In this document: positions 47,552 through 58,328 of the stretch, piece by piece
How positions within the stretch are numbered: the stretch's first letter is position 1
Layout: every line of letters starts with the position of its first letter
Assembly: GCA_047601445.1 (NCBI GenBank)
Contig: JASGJH010000001.1
Coordinates: forward strand, 7,744,001 to 7,808,000
DNA length: 64,000 bases
Direction: 5' to 3'
Source: Myxococcales bacterium
Lineage (GTDB): Bacteria; Myxococcota_A; Polyangia; Polyangiales; DASUME01
The notes under the pieces: model-generated
The model's database searches: none
What the model saw: only the letters and a program-made list of their open reading frames with translations
What the model was told of the DNA's origin: nothing
Made by a program: the position numbers and the translations under genes

Positions 47552-49444
47552 ATGTCTGAACAAGTTGCGGCGCGTCCCGAGGCCTTCCGGTCAGCGCTCC
47601 GCGAAGGCGGCCTCGTGTTCGACGGGGCCATGGGAACCTCTCTCTACGAACGCGGCAACCTCTACACGGCGTGCTTCGACGAACTGAACCTGTCCCGCCC
47701 CGACCAAGTTCGGCAGGTGCACCAGGGGTTCGTCGACGCCGGCGCCCAGGTCATCGAGACCAATACCTTCGGCGGCAACCGCTTCCGTTTGGCCCACCAC
47801 GGCTTCGACAAGCTGGTGCGCGAGATCAACAAGGCCGGTGTGGCGCTGGCGCGCGAGGCCGCCCAGCGGCGGGCCTTCGTGGCGGGCTCGGTGGGACCCA
47901 CCGGACTGCTGTTCGAGACCACGCCCGAGGAGTTGCTCAAGGAGGTCAAGCAGGCCTTTCTCGATCAGTGCCACGCGTTGGTCGAAGGGGGCGTCGATGC
48001 GCTCCTGCTGGAGACCTTTCGCCATCCCACCGAGCTGCGCTTGGCCGTGGAGGCCGCCCGCGAGGCTGGCGAAGGCAAGGTGCCAGTCATCGCGTGCGTC
48101 TCCTTCGACGAGGCGGGCACCACGGCCGATGGGCGCCAGCCCGAGCAGGTGGCCGAGCTTCTCGCGAGCTTCAAGGCGGACGCCATCGGCGTGAACTGCG
48201 CCACCGGGCCGGCGGGTGTGTTCGAGATGGTCACGCGCATGCGCGGGCCGGGACTGCCCCTGGTGGCGATCCCCAACGCAGGCATGCCGCAGAAGATCGA
48301 GGGCCGCTTCGCTTACATGGCGACGCCCGAATACTTTCAGCTCTACGCGCGACGTCTGTTCAAGGCAGGCGTACACGGCGTGGGCGGCTGCTGTGGCACT
48401 ACCCCCGAGCACGTACGCAAGATCGTGGCGGCGGCGCGCATGATCTCTGCGGGCCACGGGCATCAAACGCTGGAGGGCAGCGGCGGTGGCATGCGCGAGG
48501 ACTCGTTGCCGCCTGCGGCGCAGGTAGCGCCGGGCGTCCAGGTCGTGGAGATGCGCGACAAGGGGCCCATCGGCGCCAAACTCGGGCAGAAATTCTTGGT
48601 CTCGGTGGAGGTCAATCCGCCGCCCGGGCTCTCCATCGAGGCCGCGCTGAACGGTGCGCGCGTGCTCAAGGAGGGCGGCGTCGACGTCATCAATGTCGCC
48701 GATGGCGCGCGCGCTCAGGCTCGCATGGGCAACCTGGCGCTGTGCTTGCGCATTCAGGAAGAGGTGGGACTGCCCGCTCTGATGCACGTGACCTCCCGTG
48801 ATCGCAACTTGCTCGGGCAAGTGGCCTATCTGCTCGCAGCGCACGAGCTGGGGGTCCGCAACCTGGTGGTGATCACCGGCGATCCGCCGAAGATGGGCGA
48901 CTTCCCGAATGCCACGCCCGTTTACGACACCGACTCGGTGGGCCTGTTGCGCCTGGTGAGCGCGATGAATCGCGGCTTCGATCCGGGCGGTAAGCCGCTC
49001 GGGGGCGCCACGCAGTTCCTGTGTGCGACGGGGGCCGAGCCTGCAGCCGCGGACTTCCAGCACGAGGTGGATCGCCTGCGTCAAAAGCGCGACGCCGGTG
49101 CCGAGCTGGTGATGACGCAGCCCGTCTACGACCCGGACGTGCTCGACCGCATGCTGCGTGCGATCGAACCGCTCGGGATCCCGGTGCTGGTGGGGCTGTT
49201 GCCCCTGGCGAGCTACCGCAACGCGGAGTTCTTGCACAACGAGGTGCCCGGCATGCAGATCCCGGAGCACATCCGCGAGCGCATGCGCAAGGCGGGCTCG
49301 GGCGATCACGGGCGCCACGAGGGCATCGCGATCGCGCGCGAAATGCTCGAACAAGTGAAGGACCGCGTGGCAGGTGCCTACGTGATGCCGCCCTTCGGTC
49401 GCCACGAGCTGGCGCTGCGAGTCATCGAGGGCATCGTCCGATGA
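47552..49444 (+). CDS. Bifunctional homocysteine S-methyltransferase / methylenetetrahydrofolate reductase (YitJ-like)
   Basis: DGAMGT, ETNTFG, GVNC, PNAG.P, GGCCGTTPEH; C-terminal MTHFR motifs SRDRN, TGDPP, TQPVYD, FLHNEVPG. Confidence 0.92.
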   Translation: MSEQVAARPEAFRSALREGGLVFDGAMGTSLYERGNLYTACFDELNLSRPDQVRQVHQGFVDAGAQVIETNTFGGNRFRLAHHGFDKLVREINKAGVALAREAAQRRAFVAGSVGPTGLLFETTPEELLKEVKQAFLDQCHALVEGGVDALLLETFRHPTELRLAVEAAREAGEGKVPVIACVSFDEAGTTADGRQPEQVAELLASFKADAIGVNCATGPAGVFEMVTRMRGPGLPLVAIPNAGMPQKIEGRFAYMATPEYFQLYARRLFKAGVHGVGGCCGTTPEHVRKIVAAARMISAGHGHQTLEGSGGGMREDSLPPAAQVAPGVQVVEMRDKGPIGAKLGQKFLVSVEVNPPPGLSIEAALNGARVLKEGGVDVINVADGARAQARMGNLALCLRIQEEVGLPALMHVTSRDRNLLGQVAYLLAAHELGVRNLVVITGDPPKMGDFPNATPVYDTDSVGLLRLVSAMNRGFDPGGKPLGGATQFLCATGAEPAAADFQHEVDRLRQKRDAGAELVMTQPVYDPDVLDRMLRAIEPLGIPVLVGLLPLASYRNAEFLHNEVPGMQIPEHIRERMRKAGSGDHGRHEGIAIAREMLEQVKDRVAGAYVMPPFGRHELALRVIEGIVR

Positions 49445-50310
49445 GGCTCGCTCAGGCACTCGGGGCGAGGACCGCTACCGGTGGGTGCGGCGGCCCGCGT
49501 CGCGTGCAGCTCGTGTCCGCGCTGGCGTTGCTGTTCGCGTTCGCGGGCGGCTGCCGCAGTGCAGGCAAATGTCCGGCCCAGCTGCTCACCGATCCCGCGC
49601 GCGCTCTCTCGGCGCAGCAGGTCCAGAGCGCCCAGCTGCGCACGTTGCGGGCGGAGGCCAAGGTCGATCAGCGCGGCAAGGAAGGGCGCATCAAGGGGCG
49701 CGTGATGATGTTCGTGGAGCGCCCCGACCGCGTACGCTTCGACGCCGTCACACAGTTCGGACCTGCGCTCACGCTGACCAGCGACGGCGAGACCTTCGCG
49801 CTCAGCGACTTCAAGAGCAATCGCTTCCTGACCGGCCCCGCCTGCGAGCAGAACATCGCGCGCATGATCGGCGTGGCCCTGTCCGGTCGCGACGTGGCCA
49901 GCGTGATGATGGGCGGGAGTCCCCTGATCCAGGCCAGCTCCGAGAGCATGGTCTGCCAGGGCGGGAGCTACGTGCTCACGCGCAAAGCGGCCGACGGCGG
50001 ACGCCAGGAGCTCGAGCTACGTGTGCACGAGCAAGACACCGGAAAGCCGGCCGAACAGCAGCGGCTCTACCTCACGCGCGCCAGCTTCTGGAACGCCGCT
50101 GGAAAGCAGCTCTATCAGGTCCGCTACGAGGACTATCAGCCCGCCGGCAAGGTGGAGTTGCCGCGTACCGTGCGCATCGACGACTACGTGAACCAGGCCG
50201 ACGCCTTGCTGCGTTTCTCCTCCATCGACGTGGATGTCAACGTTCCGCCCGATGCGTTCTCGCAGGAGCCGCGCGCTGGGTTGACGGTAGAGGAGATCGT
50301 CTGCGAATGA
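49441..50310 (+). CDS. DUF4292 / LolA-LolB-like lipoprotein
   Basis: Lipobox [14 protein letters not shown] motif; beta-rich; ATGA overlap with the upstream gene. Confidence 0.6.
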   Translation: MRLAQALGARTATGGCGGPRRVQLVSALALLFAFAGGCRSAGKCPAQLLTDPARALSAQQVQSAQLRTLRAEAKVDQRGKEGRIKGRVMMFVERPDRVRFDAVTQFGPALTLTSDGETFALSDFKSNRFLTGPACEQNIARMIGVALSGRDVASVMMGGSPLIQASSESMVCQGGSYVLTRKAADGGRQELELRVHEQDTGKPAEQQRLYLTRASFWNAAGKQLYQVRYEDYQPAGKVELPRTVRIDDYVNQADALLRFSSIDVDVNVPPDAFSQEPRAGLTVEEIVCE

Positions 50311-50365
50311 CGCCACCCCCCTGTCTTTGGGGGCCCACGGGCATTTCCTGATATGGTTCTGGGCG

Positions 50366-51363
<998 letters not shown>

Positions 51364-51367
<4 letters not shown>

Positions 51368-52353
51368 GTCGCCCGCTGCTCGAGGTCCAGGGGGTGTCCA
51401 AGGAGTTCCCGGTCGGCCGCGGCTGGCTCGGACGCCCCACGCGCAGCCTGCACGCGCTGAGCGACGTGAGCTTCACGCTCGCCCCGGGGGAGACCCTCGG
51501 CCTGGTGGGGGAGAGCGGCTCCGGCAAGAGCACCCTCGGCCGCTGCGTATTGCAGCTCCTGGCCCCCACCCGCGGCAGCGTGCGCTTCGAGGGACAAGAG
51601 CTCACCACGCTCAGCCCGCGCGCCATGCGCCCTGTGCGCCGCCGGCTCCAGATCGTCTTCCAGGATCCCTACGGCTCCCTGAACCCCCGCCTCACCGTGC
51701 GCCAGACCCTGGGCGAGCCCCTGCGGCTGCACGGCCTGGCGACCAGCCCGAGCGACGAGGAAGCCCAGGTGGCCGAGCTACTGCGCCGCGTGGGGCTCCG
51801 GCCGGAGCACGCAGATCGCTACCCCCACGAGTTCTCCGGTGGCCAGCGCCAGCGTATCGGCATCGCCCGCGCCCTGTCGGTGCGCCCCCAGTTGGTGGTG
51901 TGTGACGAGCCCGTCAGTGCCCTCGATGTGTCGGTGCAGGCCCAAATCGTCAATCTCCTGCGCGACCTCTCGGACGAGCTTGGGCTCGGTTACCTGTTCA
52001 TCGCTCACGACCTGTCCGTAGTGCGGTTCATGAGCCAGCGAGTGGCCGTGATGTACCTGGGGCGCATCGTCGAGCTCGGGCCGGCCGCCGCGCTCTACGA
52101 GACCCCCCGCCACCCGTACACCAAGGCGCTGCTGCGGGCCGTGCCCCGGATCGCCACCGTCCGACCCGGCGCCAGCGATCTGCAACGGCGCCGGCTACCC
52201 CTGCTCGGCGAAGTGCCGAGCCCGCTCGCTCCGCCTGCAGGCTGCCCCTTCCATCCGCGCTGCCCGGAGGCCCAACCAGGGCTGTGCGACCGTGAACGTC
52301 CCCTGCTCCGTTCTGCCGGAGACGCGCACGAAGCCGCATGTCACCTGATGTAG
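51364..52353 (+). CDS. Oligopeptide/dipeptide ABC ATP-binding protein (OppF/DppF-like)
   Basis: [46 protein letters not shown]. Confidence 0.93.
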
Positions 52354-52637
52354 GTATCATTACATTTCCTGTGTTTCCGCGTGTTTGCGCGATTTGTCCA
52401 CGCAGGGCTCCGTCACCCCCCGCTCAGCTTCGATCGACTCCGCTCGGACGCGAACTTTTCATGTCCCACGGCAGGGACTATTTTGAGACTGCTTTCGCAA
52501 GGTTGCCTGCGGGTGTCGGCGGGTCGACAGGGCGCTGATCTCGCGGAACCCTGTCGGAGGAGTTGGTGTTGACCTTCCGCGGGGATACCGGTAAATCACC
52601 CCCCGACTTGCCATCCGAGGGGACGCTGGCTTCATTC

Positions 52638-53429
52638 ATGCGCGTCGACAGTCGCAGCGTTGCAGTGACCAGCCTTGCATTGGCCCTTTCGGCCTGTGGC
52701 GCCACCGCGTCCGCCGAGAACGCCATGCGTGCCCAAAAGGAGTACGAGCTGGCGGTGGGCCTGCTGGAGGAGAAGAACACCCCGGCGGCCTTCGAGCATC
52801 TGTTCAAGGCCATCGAGTTGGACGCCAAGAACCCTGAGCCGCACCAGCTCCTGGGCAGCCTATACCTGTTCCGGGGCGACTTGGCTCAGGCCGAGAAAGA
52901 GCTGCTCACCGCCAAGGAACTGGCGGTAAAGAACGAGAAATACGGGCCGCCCTTCGTGGCCGACGTCGAGAACACCCTGGGCGTCGTGTACTTGCACCAG
53001 CAGCGCTACGACGAAGCCATCCAGGTCCTTCGTGAGGCCGCTACCAACATCGTCAACCGCACGCCTTTCCTGGCGTGGGGAAACCTCGGTTGGGCTTACT
53101 ATGAGAAGGGCCAGTACACGGACGCGGTCTCGGCGCTCACCCAGTCGGTGCGCCAGCAGAGCCGCTTCTGCGTGGGCTACTACCGTCTCGGGAAGACCTA
53201 CCTGGCCTTGCGGGAGTTCGCGCGGGCCGAAGAAGCATTGACACACGCCTTGGAAGTCCCTGATGAGGAATGCAAGAATCTTCAGGACGCTTGGCACTTA
53301 CGCGGGGAAGCCAGGGCACAGCTCGGGCTCCGCCAGGACGCAATCGCGGATTTCGAGCGATGCGTGGAGCTGTCTGCAGACAGCGAGGCGGGGCGCGCAT
53401 GCCAGGGCTACCTCGAGGCGACGCACTAA
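52638..53429 (+). CDS. tgl: TPR lipoprotein, Tgl/PilF-like type IV pilus pilotin
   Basis: Lipobox LSAC, multiple TPR repeats (NTLGVVY, WGNLGWAY), paired Cys; adjacent to rodZ-like gene and recO. Confidence 0.7.
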   Translation: MRVDSRSVAVTSLALALSACGATASAENAMRAQKEYELAVGLLEEKNTPAAFEHLFKAIELDAKNPEPHQLLGSLYLFRGDLAQAEKELLTAKELAVKNEKYGPPFVADVENTLGVVYLHQQRYDEAIQVLREAATNIVNRTPFLAWGNLGWAYYEKGQYTDAVSALTQSVRQQSRFCVGYYRLGKTYLALREFARAEEALTHALEVPDEECKNLQDAWHLRGEARAQLGLRQDAIADFERCVELSADSEAGRACQGYLEATH

Positions 53430-53441
53430 GGAGTGAGGGGA

Positions 53442-53879
53442 ATGGATTCGATTGGGGCTTACCTGCGCCGAGAACGCGAGCTGCGCCATGTGTCGCTCGA
53501 GGAGCTCGTGCAGATCACACGCGTTCCCCTGAAGATGTTGCAGCGCATCGAAGACGACCGCTTCGATGAGCTCCCGGGAGAGGTTTTTGCCCGCGGTTTC
53601 CTGCGTTCTTACGCACGCGCGCTGAACCTCGATTGCGAAGACGTGCTCGCGCGATTCGGTGAAGGACGCAAAGTGGAAGAGCCGGTGCCCGCCCCCCTCC
53701 TGGCATCCGTGCAGACTCCCGAACGTGGTCGTCGTTTCGGCATCGCAATCGCCCTCGTCATCCTCGGCATCCTGTTTACGCTCGCGCTCTCGATCGTCTT
53801 CAACGCGCGCCAGCGAAATACGCCCCTCGAGTTGTCCTCGCGCGAGGCCCGCAACGTGCCCGCGCGCGTGTTCAGCTGA
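53442..53879 (+). CDS. RodZ-like HTH membrane protein (short, no periplasmic domain)
   Basis: GAYLRRERE, LPGEVFARGFLRSYARAL; single TM near the C-terminus. Confidence 0.8.
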   Translation: MDSIGAYLRRERELRHVSLEELVQITRVPLKMLQRIEDDRFDELPGEVFARGFLRSYARALNLDCEDVLARFGEGRKVEEPVPAPLLASVQTPERGRRFGIAIALVILGILFTLALSIVFNARQRNTPLELSSREARNVPARVFS

Positions 53880-53897
53880 GACGGACGCGGCCCTCGC

Positions 53898-54656
53898 ATG
53901 ACCGGGGCGCGCACGAGTAGCAGCGGCGGCCAAGCCTGCGAAGCCCTGCTCATGCGTGCCGTGGACTACCGGGACAGCGACCGCGTCGTCACCTTGTTCA
54001 CCCAGGAGCTCGGCAAGCTCAGCGCCCTGGCGCGCGGGGCACGCAGCTCCAAGCGCCGCTTCGCGGGTGCGCTCGAGCCCTACGCTGTGATCCGCGTGGA
54101 GCTCACGCCGAGCCGCGGCGAGCTGTGGAACCTCGGCGCGGCCAGCATCTCGCGTAGCTTCCCGGGCATCCTGCAGGACCTCGCGCGCATGGAGGTGGCG
54201 GCCGCCGCGCTACTGCTGGTGCGTGAGACCCAGCCTCCTCGGGAGCCCGACCCGGCCTTGTTCTTGGCCCTCGTGCAATATCTCACGCTCGTGGACGTGG
54301 CAGGCGACGCCACCCGGGTAGGTCTGCTCGCCTTTGCGCTGCGGGCGCTAGCTCGCTTGGGTCTCGCGCCCCGCCTGGATGCTTGCGGGCGTTCGGGGGA
54401 GCGTGTGCCCGAGGAGCGGCCCGCCTATTTCGATCCGGCGCTCGGATCCGTGGTGGCGCGCAAATTCGGGGGCGGTCCGTTTCTGCTCTCCGCCGTCGTG
54501 AGGCATCGGCTGATGCTGGCGCAGGGGGATGGCTGGCTAGCCATCGCGCGTGAAGAGTGGGAGCCCGAGGAGCTGAGCCTCGCACGGGCCGCGCTCGCGG
54601 CCTTCGTCGCTGCCCACGTTCCAGGAGATGTGGGAGCTCGGCTCTTTCCGCCCTGA
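53898..54656 (+). CDS. recO: DNA repair protein RecO
   Basis: YRDSDRVVTLFT..LGK...LARGAR.SKRRF.GALEP motif. Confidence 0.88.
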   Translation: MTGARTSSSGGQACEALLMRAVDYRDSDRVVTLFTQELGKLSALARGARSSKRRFAGALEPYAVIRVELTPSRGELWNLGAASISRSFPGILQDLARMEVAAAALLLVRETQPPREPDPALFLALVQYLTLVDVAGDATRVGLLAFALRALARLGLAPRLDACGRSGERVPEERPAYFDPALGSVVARKFGGGPFLLSAVVRHRLMLAQGDGWLAIAREEWEPEELSLARAALAAFVAAHVPGDVGARLFPP

Positions 54657-54769
54657 GCGCGGGGGCGCGCCGAGACGAGCGTGACAACTGCTCGCGATCG
54701 TTGCCCACGATCTTTCAAAGCAATTGGTGGTTACGATACGATTCACGCTGGCCTGAGGAGGCAAGCGCC

Positions 54770-55159
54770 GTGTCCAACCGGGTATTGGTAGTTGAGGATT
54801 CCCCTGCGATGCGGGCGTTCGTTCGCGCGGCCCTCGAAGAAGGCGGCTTCGACGTCACCGAAGCAGGCAATGGCTTCGAGGCGCTGCGTCTCTTGCCGCG
54901 TGAGCGCTACGACCTCGTGGTCACCGACATCAACATGCCGGACATCCACGGGCTCGAGTTGATCGCCTTCATGCGCAAGAGCGACGTGCACCGCACCACG
55001 CCCGTGATCATCGTGAGCACCGAAGGGGCCGCCCGCGACCGCGACCGCGGGCTCGCGCTGGGTGCCAACGCGTACATCACCAAGCCCTTCGATCCGGAGG
55101 CGCTGCGCGCTACCGCTCGCAAGGTGCTGGGCCAGGCTGACAAGCACGGAACTCAGTGA
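54770..55159 (+). CDS. cheY: CheY-like single-domain response regulator
   Basis: VVEDS, TDINMP, ST, KPF; GTG start with GAGGAGG RBS. Confidence 0.9.
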   Translation: MSNRVLVVEDSPAMRAFVRAALEEGGFDVTEAGNGFEALRLLPRERYDLVVTDINMPDIHGLELIAFMRKSDVHRTTPVIIVSTEGAARDRDRGLALGANAYITKPFDPEALRATARKVLGQADKHGTQ

Positions 55160-55168
55160 GGGGGCGGC

Positions 55169-57274
55169 TTGGCTGGTTCCGGCGATAACGAAAGCGTTCG
55201 CGAGGAGTTCCTGTCCGAGGCCCAGGAGATCGTCGAGACCCTCTCGCGCGATCTACTCCTGCTCGAGCAGGGCCAGAAGGACGGCAAGACCGATCCCGAT
55301 CTGCTGAACGACATCTTCCGTGCGGTGCACACGCTCAAGGGCCTGGCCGGCATGTTCGGCATGCTGTCCCTGTCGAACCTGTCGCACACGCTCGAGAACC
55401 TGCTGGACGACCTGCGCCTCGGGCGGGTCGAGATCTCGCACGACACGCTGGACGTGCTGTTCGACGGCGTGGAGCGCATCCAGCGCATCCTGTCCAACGA
55501 CGAGAACGAGGCGGAGGCCGTGGCGGCCTTTAGCGTGCAGCCAGCGAAGGTGTCCGAGAAGCCCGCGGAAGAGCACGACGTGCTGAAGGAGTTCGAGCTC
55601 AACGACAGCGTGCTGTCGGTGCTCACGGAATACGAAGAGCACCGCCTGCGGCAGAACATTGCGCAGGGCTTCCTGCTCTATCGACTACGCGTGAGCTTCG
55701 CCCTATCGTCCATCGACACCGCGCTCGAGGACCTCAAGGCGCGCGCGCGACCGCTCGGTGAGATCATCACGTACCTGCCCAGCCTGGGCGGGGGCACCGA
55801 CGACATGATCGAGCTCGAGGTGCTGCTTGCGAGCCGCGCCGACGCCGAGCACCTGCGCGAGGCGCTGTGCAATGACGACGCGGCGCTCGAAGTAGTGCCG
55901 CGTCGGGCACCCGAGAAGCGGGCCACGCTGATTCCGAGCCAGCCTGAGCAGCCGCCGGAGCCTCCCCGCGTGATCGATGCTGGCGGCACGCCTTCGGTGG
56001 CGCCCACGGCGCTCGACCGCTCGGGTGCGGACGCGCTCTCGCTGCGCTCGGTGGCCAACACGGTGCGCGTGAACATTCAAAAGCTCGACCACTTGATGAA
56101 CGTGGTGGGCGAGCTGGCGATCGTGCGCGGCGCGGTGGCTCAAATCACGGAGAAACTGCGGGAAAATCCCGAGCTCCGCTACATGTCCGCGGAGCTGCAC
56201 CGCATCTCGCGCAGCTTCGAGCGCAATCTCACCGAGCTCCAGGACGGCATCCTGGACGTGCGCATGGTCCCGCTGGGGCAGGTGTTCGACAAGCTCGCGC
56301 GCGTGGTGCGACAGACAGCGCGTGACGCCAAGAAAGAGATCCGTCTCGAGGTGAAGGGTGCGGAGACCGAGGTCGACAAGCTGATCGTCGAGGAGCTCAG
56401 CGATCCGCTGATGCACCTGATCCGCAACGCCATCGATCACGGCGTGGAGCAGAAGGAACGCCGCAAGAAGCTCAACAAGCCTTCCGCGGGCCTGCTCTCG
56501 CTGGTGGCCTATCAGAAGGGTAACCACGTCCTCATCGAGGTGCGCGACGACGGCGCCGGCATGGACCCGAAGAAGCTCCTGGCGAAGGCTGTCGAGCGCG
56601 GGATCTTGAGCGCCGACGACGCCAAGGAGGCCTCGCGCGAGGACGCCTTCAACTTGATCTTCATGCCTGGCTTCAGCACGCGCGAGGAGGTCACGGACCT
56701 CTCCGGGCGCGGCGTCGGCATGGACGTGGTGAAGACCAACATCTCCAAGCTAGGCGGTGTCGTCGACCTGGAGAGCGAGGTCGACAAGGGGACGACGTTC
56801 ACCATCACGCTCCCCATCACGCTGGCCATCATCAGCGCTCTGGTGGTGCGCGTGTGCGGGCAGGCCTATGCCATCCCGCTCTCCAACGTCCACGAGGCAT
56901 TGATGCTCGACCCCAAGGCCATCCGCACGGTGGAGGGCCGCGAGGTAATGACCCTGCGCGGCGGCACCTTGCCGCTGTGTCGACTCCAGGAGCTGTTCCG
57001 GCTCGAAGAGCCCGCGGGCAGCGCGCGCTCGCGCAAGTTCGTGGTGGTGAGTCAGCTGGGCAATCGGCGCCTGGGCATGGTGGTCGACGTGCTGCTCGGG
57101 CAGCAGGACATCGTGATCAAGGCCCTGGGCAAGAGCCTCGCTTCCGTGCGCGGCTTCGCCGGTGCCACCGACCTCGGTGACCAGACCGTGACCCTGGTGC
57201 TCGATACGCCGCAGATCCTCGAGGAGATGCTGGCGTCCTCCGATCGCACGCGTTCACTGGAGGCGAGCCCGTGA
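55169..57274 (+). CDS. cheA: Chemotaxis histidine kinase CheA
   Basis: Hpt FRAVHTLKG, dimer KLDHLMNVVGEL, HLIRNAIDHG, DDGAGMD, PGFST, SGRGVGMDVV; C-terminal CheW-like domain. Confidence 0.95.
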   Translation: MAGSGDNESVREEFLSEAQEIVETLSRDLLLLEQGQKDGKTDPDLLNDIFRAVHTLKGLAGMFGMLSLSNLSHTLENLLDDLRLGRVEISHDTLDVLFDGVERIQRILSNDENEAEAVAAFSVQPAKVSEKPAEEHDVLKEFELNDSVLSVLTEYEEHRLRQNIAQGFLLYRLRVSFALSSIDTALEDLKARARPLGEIITYLPSLGGGTDDMIELEVLLASRADAEHLREALCNDDAALEVVPRRAPEKRATLIPSQPEQPPEPPRVIDAGGTPSVAPTALDRSGADALSLRSVANTVRVNIQKLDHLMNVVGELAIVRGAVAQITEKLRENPELRYMSAELHRISRSFERNLTELQDGILDVRMVPLGQVFDKLARVVRQTARDAKKEIRLEVKGAETEVDKLIVEELSDPLMHLIRNAIDHGVEQKERRKKLNKPSAGLLSLVAYQKGNHVLIEVRDDGAGMDPKKLLAKAVERGILSADDAKEASREDAFNLIFMPGFSTREEVTDLSGRGVGMDVVKTNISKLGGVVDLESEVDKGTTFTITLPITLAIISALVVRVCGQAYAIPLSNVHEALMLDPKAIRTVEGREVMTLRGGTLPLCRLQELFRLEEPAGSARSRKFVVVSQLGNRRLGMVVDVLLGQQDIVIKALGKSLASVRGFAGATDLGDQTVTLVLDTPQILEEMLASSDRTRSLEASP

Positions 57275-57819
57275 GCAATCCGACGCACTCGATCGTCCCG
57301 GGCTTCGTGCCCACGGCGCCGCGCGCCGAAGAGCACCGCCCGCGCTCGGACGACACCGCCTATGAGTTCTTGGCGTTTCGGCTGGCGAGCGAGACCTACG
57401 CCGTGCCGCTTTCGGGGGTGCAGGAGATCCTCAAGCCCCCTCGCATCACGCCCATGCCGCGCGCGGCCTACGAGATTCTCGGCATCGTTTCGGTGCGCGG
57501 TCGGGTCACCACGGTGATCGATCTGCGCCGGCGCCTGCGCGTGACGGAGGCTCCGGTGGACAAGCACACCCGCGTGCTCCTGGTGGACGCCGGCGAGGAA
57601 GTGCTCGGACTTTTGGTCGATTCGGTGCTCCAGGTCTATCGGCTCTACGAAGACGAGGTGGAGCTCGCCTCGACGCTGGGCGGCGACTTGAACGAGTACG
57701 TGATGGGCATCGGTCGCCCGCGCGCGGTCCGCACGCTCGGACGTTCCACGTCGCAGGATCGCGACGACCCCAACGACATCCTCATCCTTTTGGCCATCGA
57801 GCCCCTGCTCAAACGATGA
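57271..57819 (+). CDS. cheW: CheW adaptor
   Basis: FLAFRL..ETYAV, LGIVSVRG.V..VIDLR, GLLVDSV. Confidence 0.9.
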   Translation: MSNPTHSIVPGFVPTAPRAEEHRPRSDDTAYEFLAFRLASETYAVPLSGVQEILKPPRITPMPRAAYEILGIVSVRGRVTTVIDLRRRLRVTEAPVDKHTRVLLVDAGEEVLGLLVDSVLQVYRLYEDEVELASTLGGDLNEYVMGIGRPRAVRTLGRSTSQDRDDPNDILILLAIEPLLKR

Positions 57820-58328
57820 AACGTCGCACTGCAGCCAGCCGTCAACGCAGCGATCATGCCAAGAACCTGGTGAGCTTCTTGGTGGGCGACGTGCGTTACG
57901 CCATCGAGATCGCGCGCGTGCGGGAGATCGTGAACCCGCTTCCGACCGTGAGCTTGCCGCACGCGCCCGCAGAGGTGGTGGGCGTGGCCGATCATCGCGG
58001 CGACGTGCTGCCCGTGGTGGACCTGCGCGTGCGCTTCGGCGTCAACACCGACCTCACGCGGCGGACCAAGTGGATCATCGTGCGGGTCCAGGAGCGTATC
58101 AGCGCGGTGGCCCTCGTCGTCGATGCCGTGACCGAGGTGTTCGGCGCGGGCGCCGAGGATCAGCGCAGCGTGCCGGAGATCGGCAGCGGCTCCGGGCGGC
58201 GCGGAATCTCGAGCGTCTATGCCTACCAGGGCGGATTGGTGTTCGTGGTGGACACCTCCATCATCAGCTCGGCCGCGAGCCAGATCGATCCCAAGACGCT
58301 GCCGCCATTGCTCGGGGGTGGAACATGA
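57816..58328 (+). CDS. cheW: CheW adaptor (second)
   Basis: LVSFLVG..RYAI.I..VREI, VVGV..HRG.VLPVVDLR.RFG, LVVDAV.EV. Confidence 0.9.
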   Translation: MKRRTAASRQRSDHAKNLVSFLVGDVRYAIEIARVREIVNPLPTVSLPHAPAEVVGVADHRGDVLPVVDLRVRFGVNTDLTRRTKWIIVRVQERISAVALVVDAVTEVFGAGAEDQRSVPEIGSGSGRRGISSVYAYQGGLVFVVDTSIISSAASQIDPKTLPPLLGGGT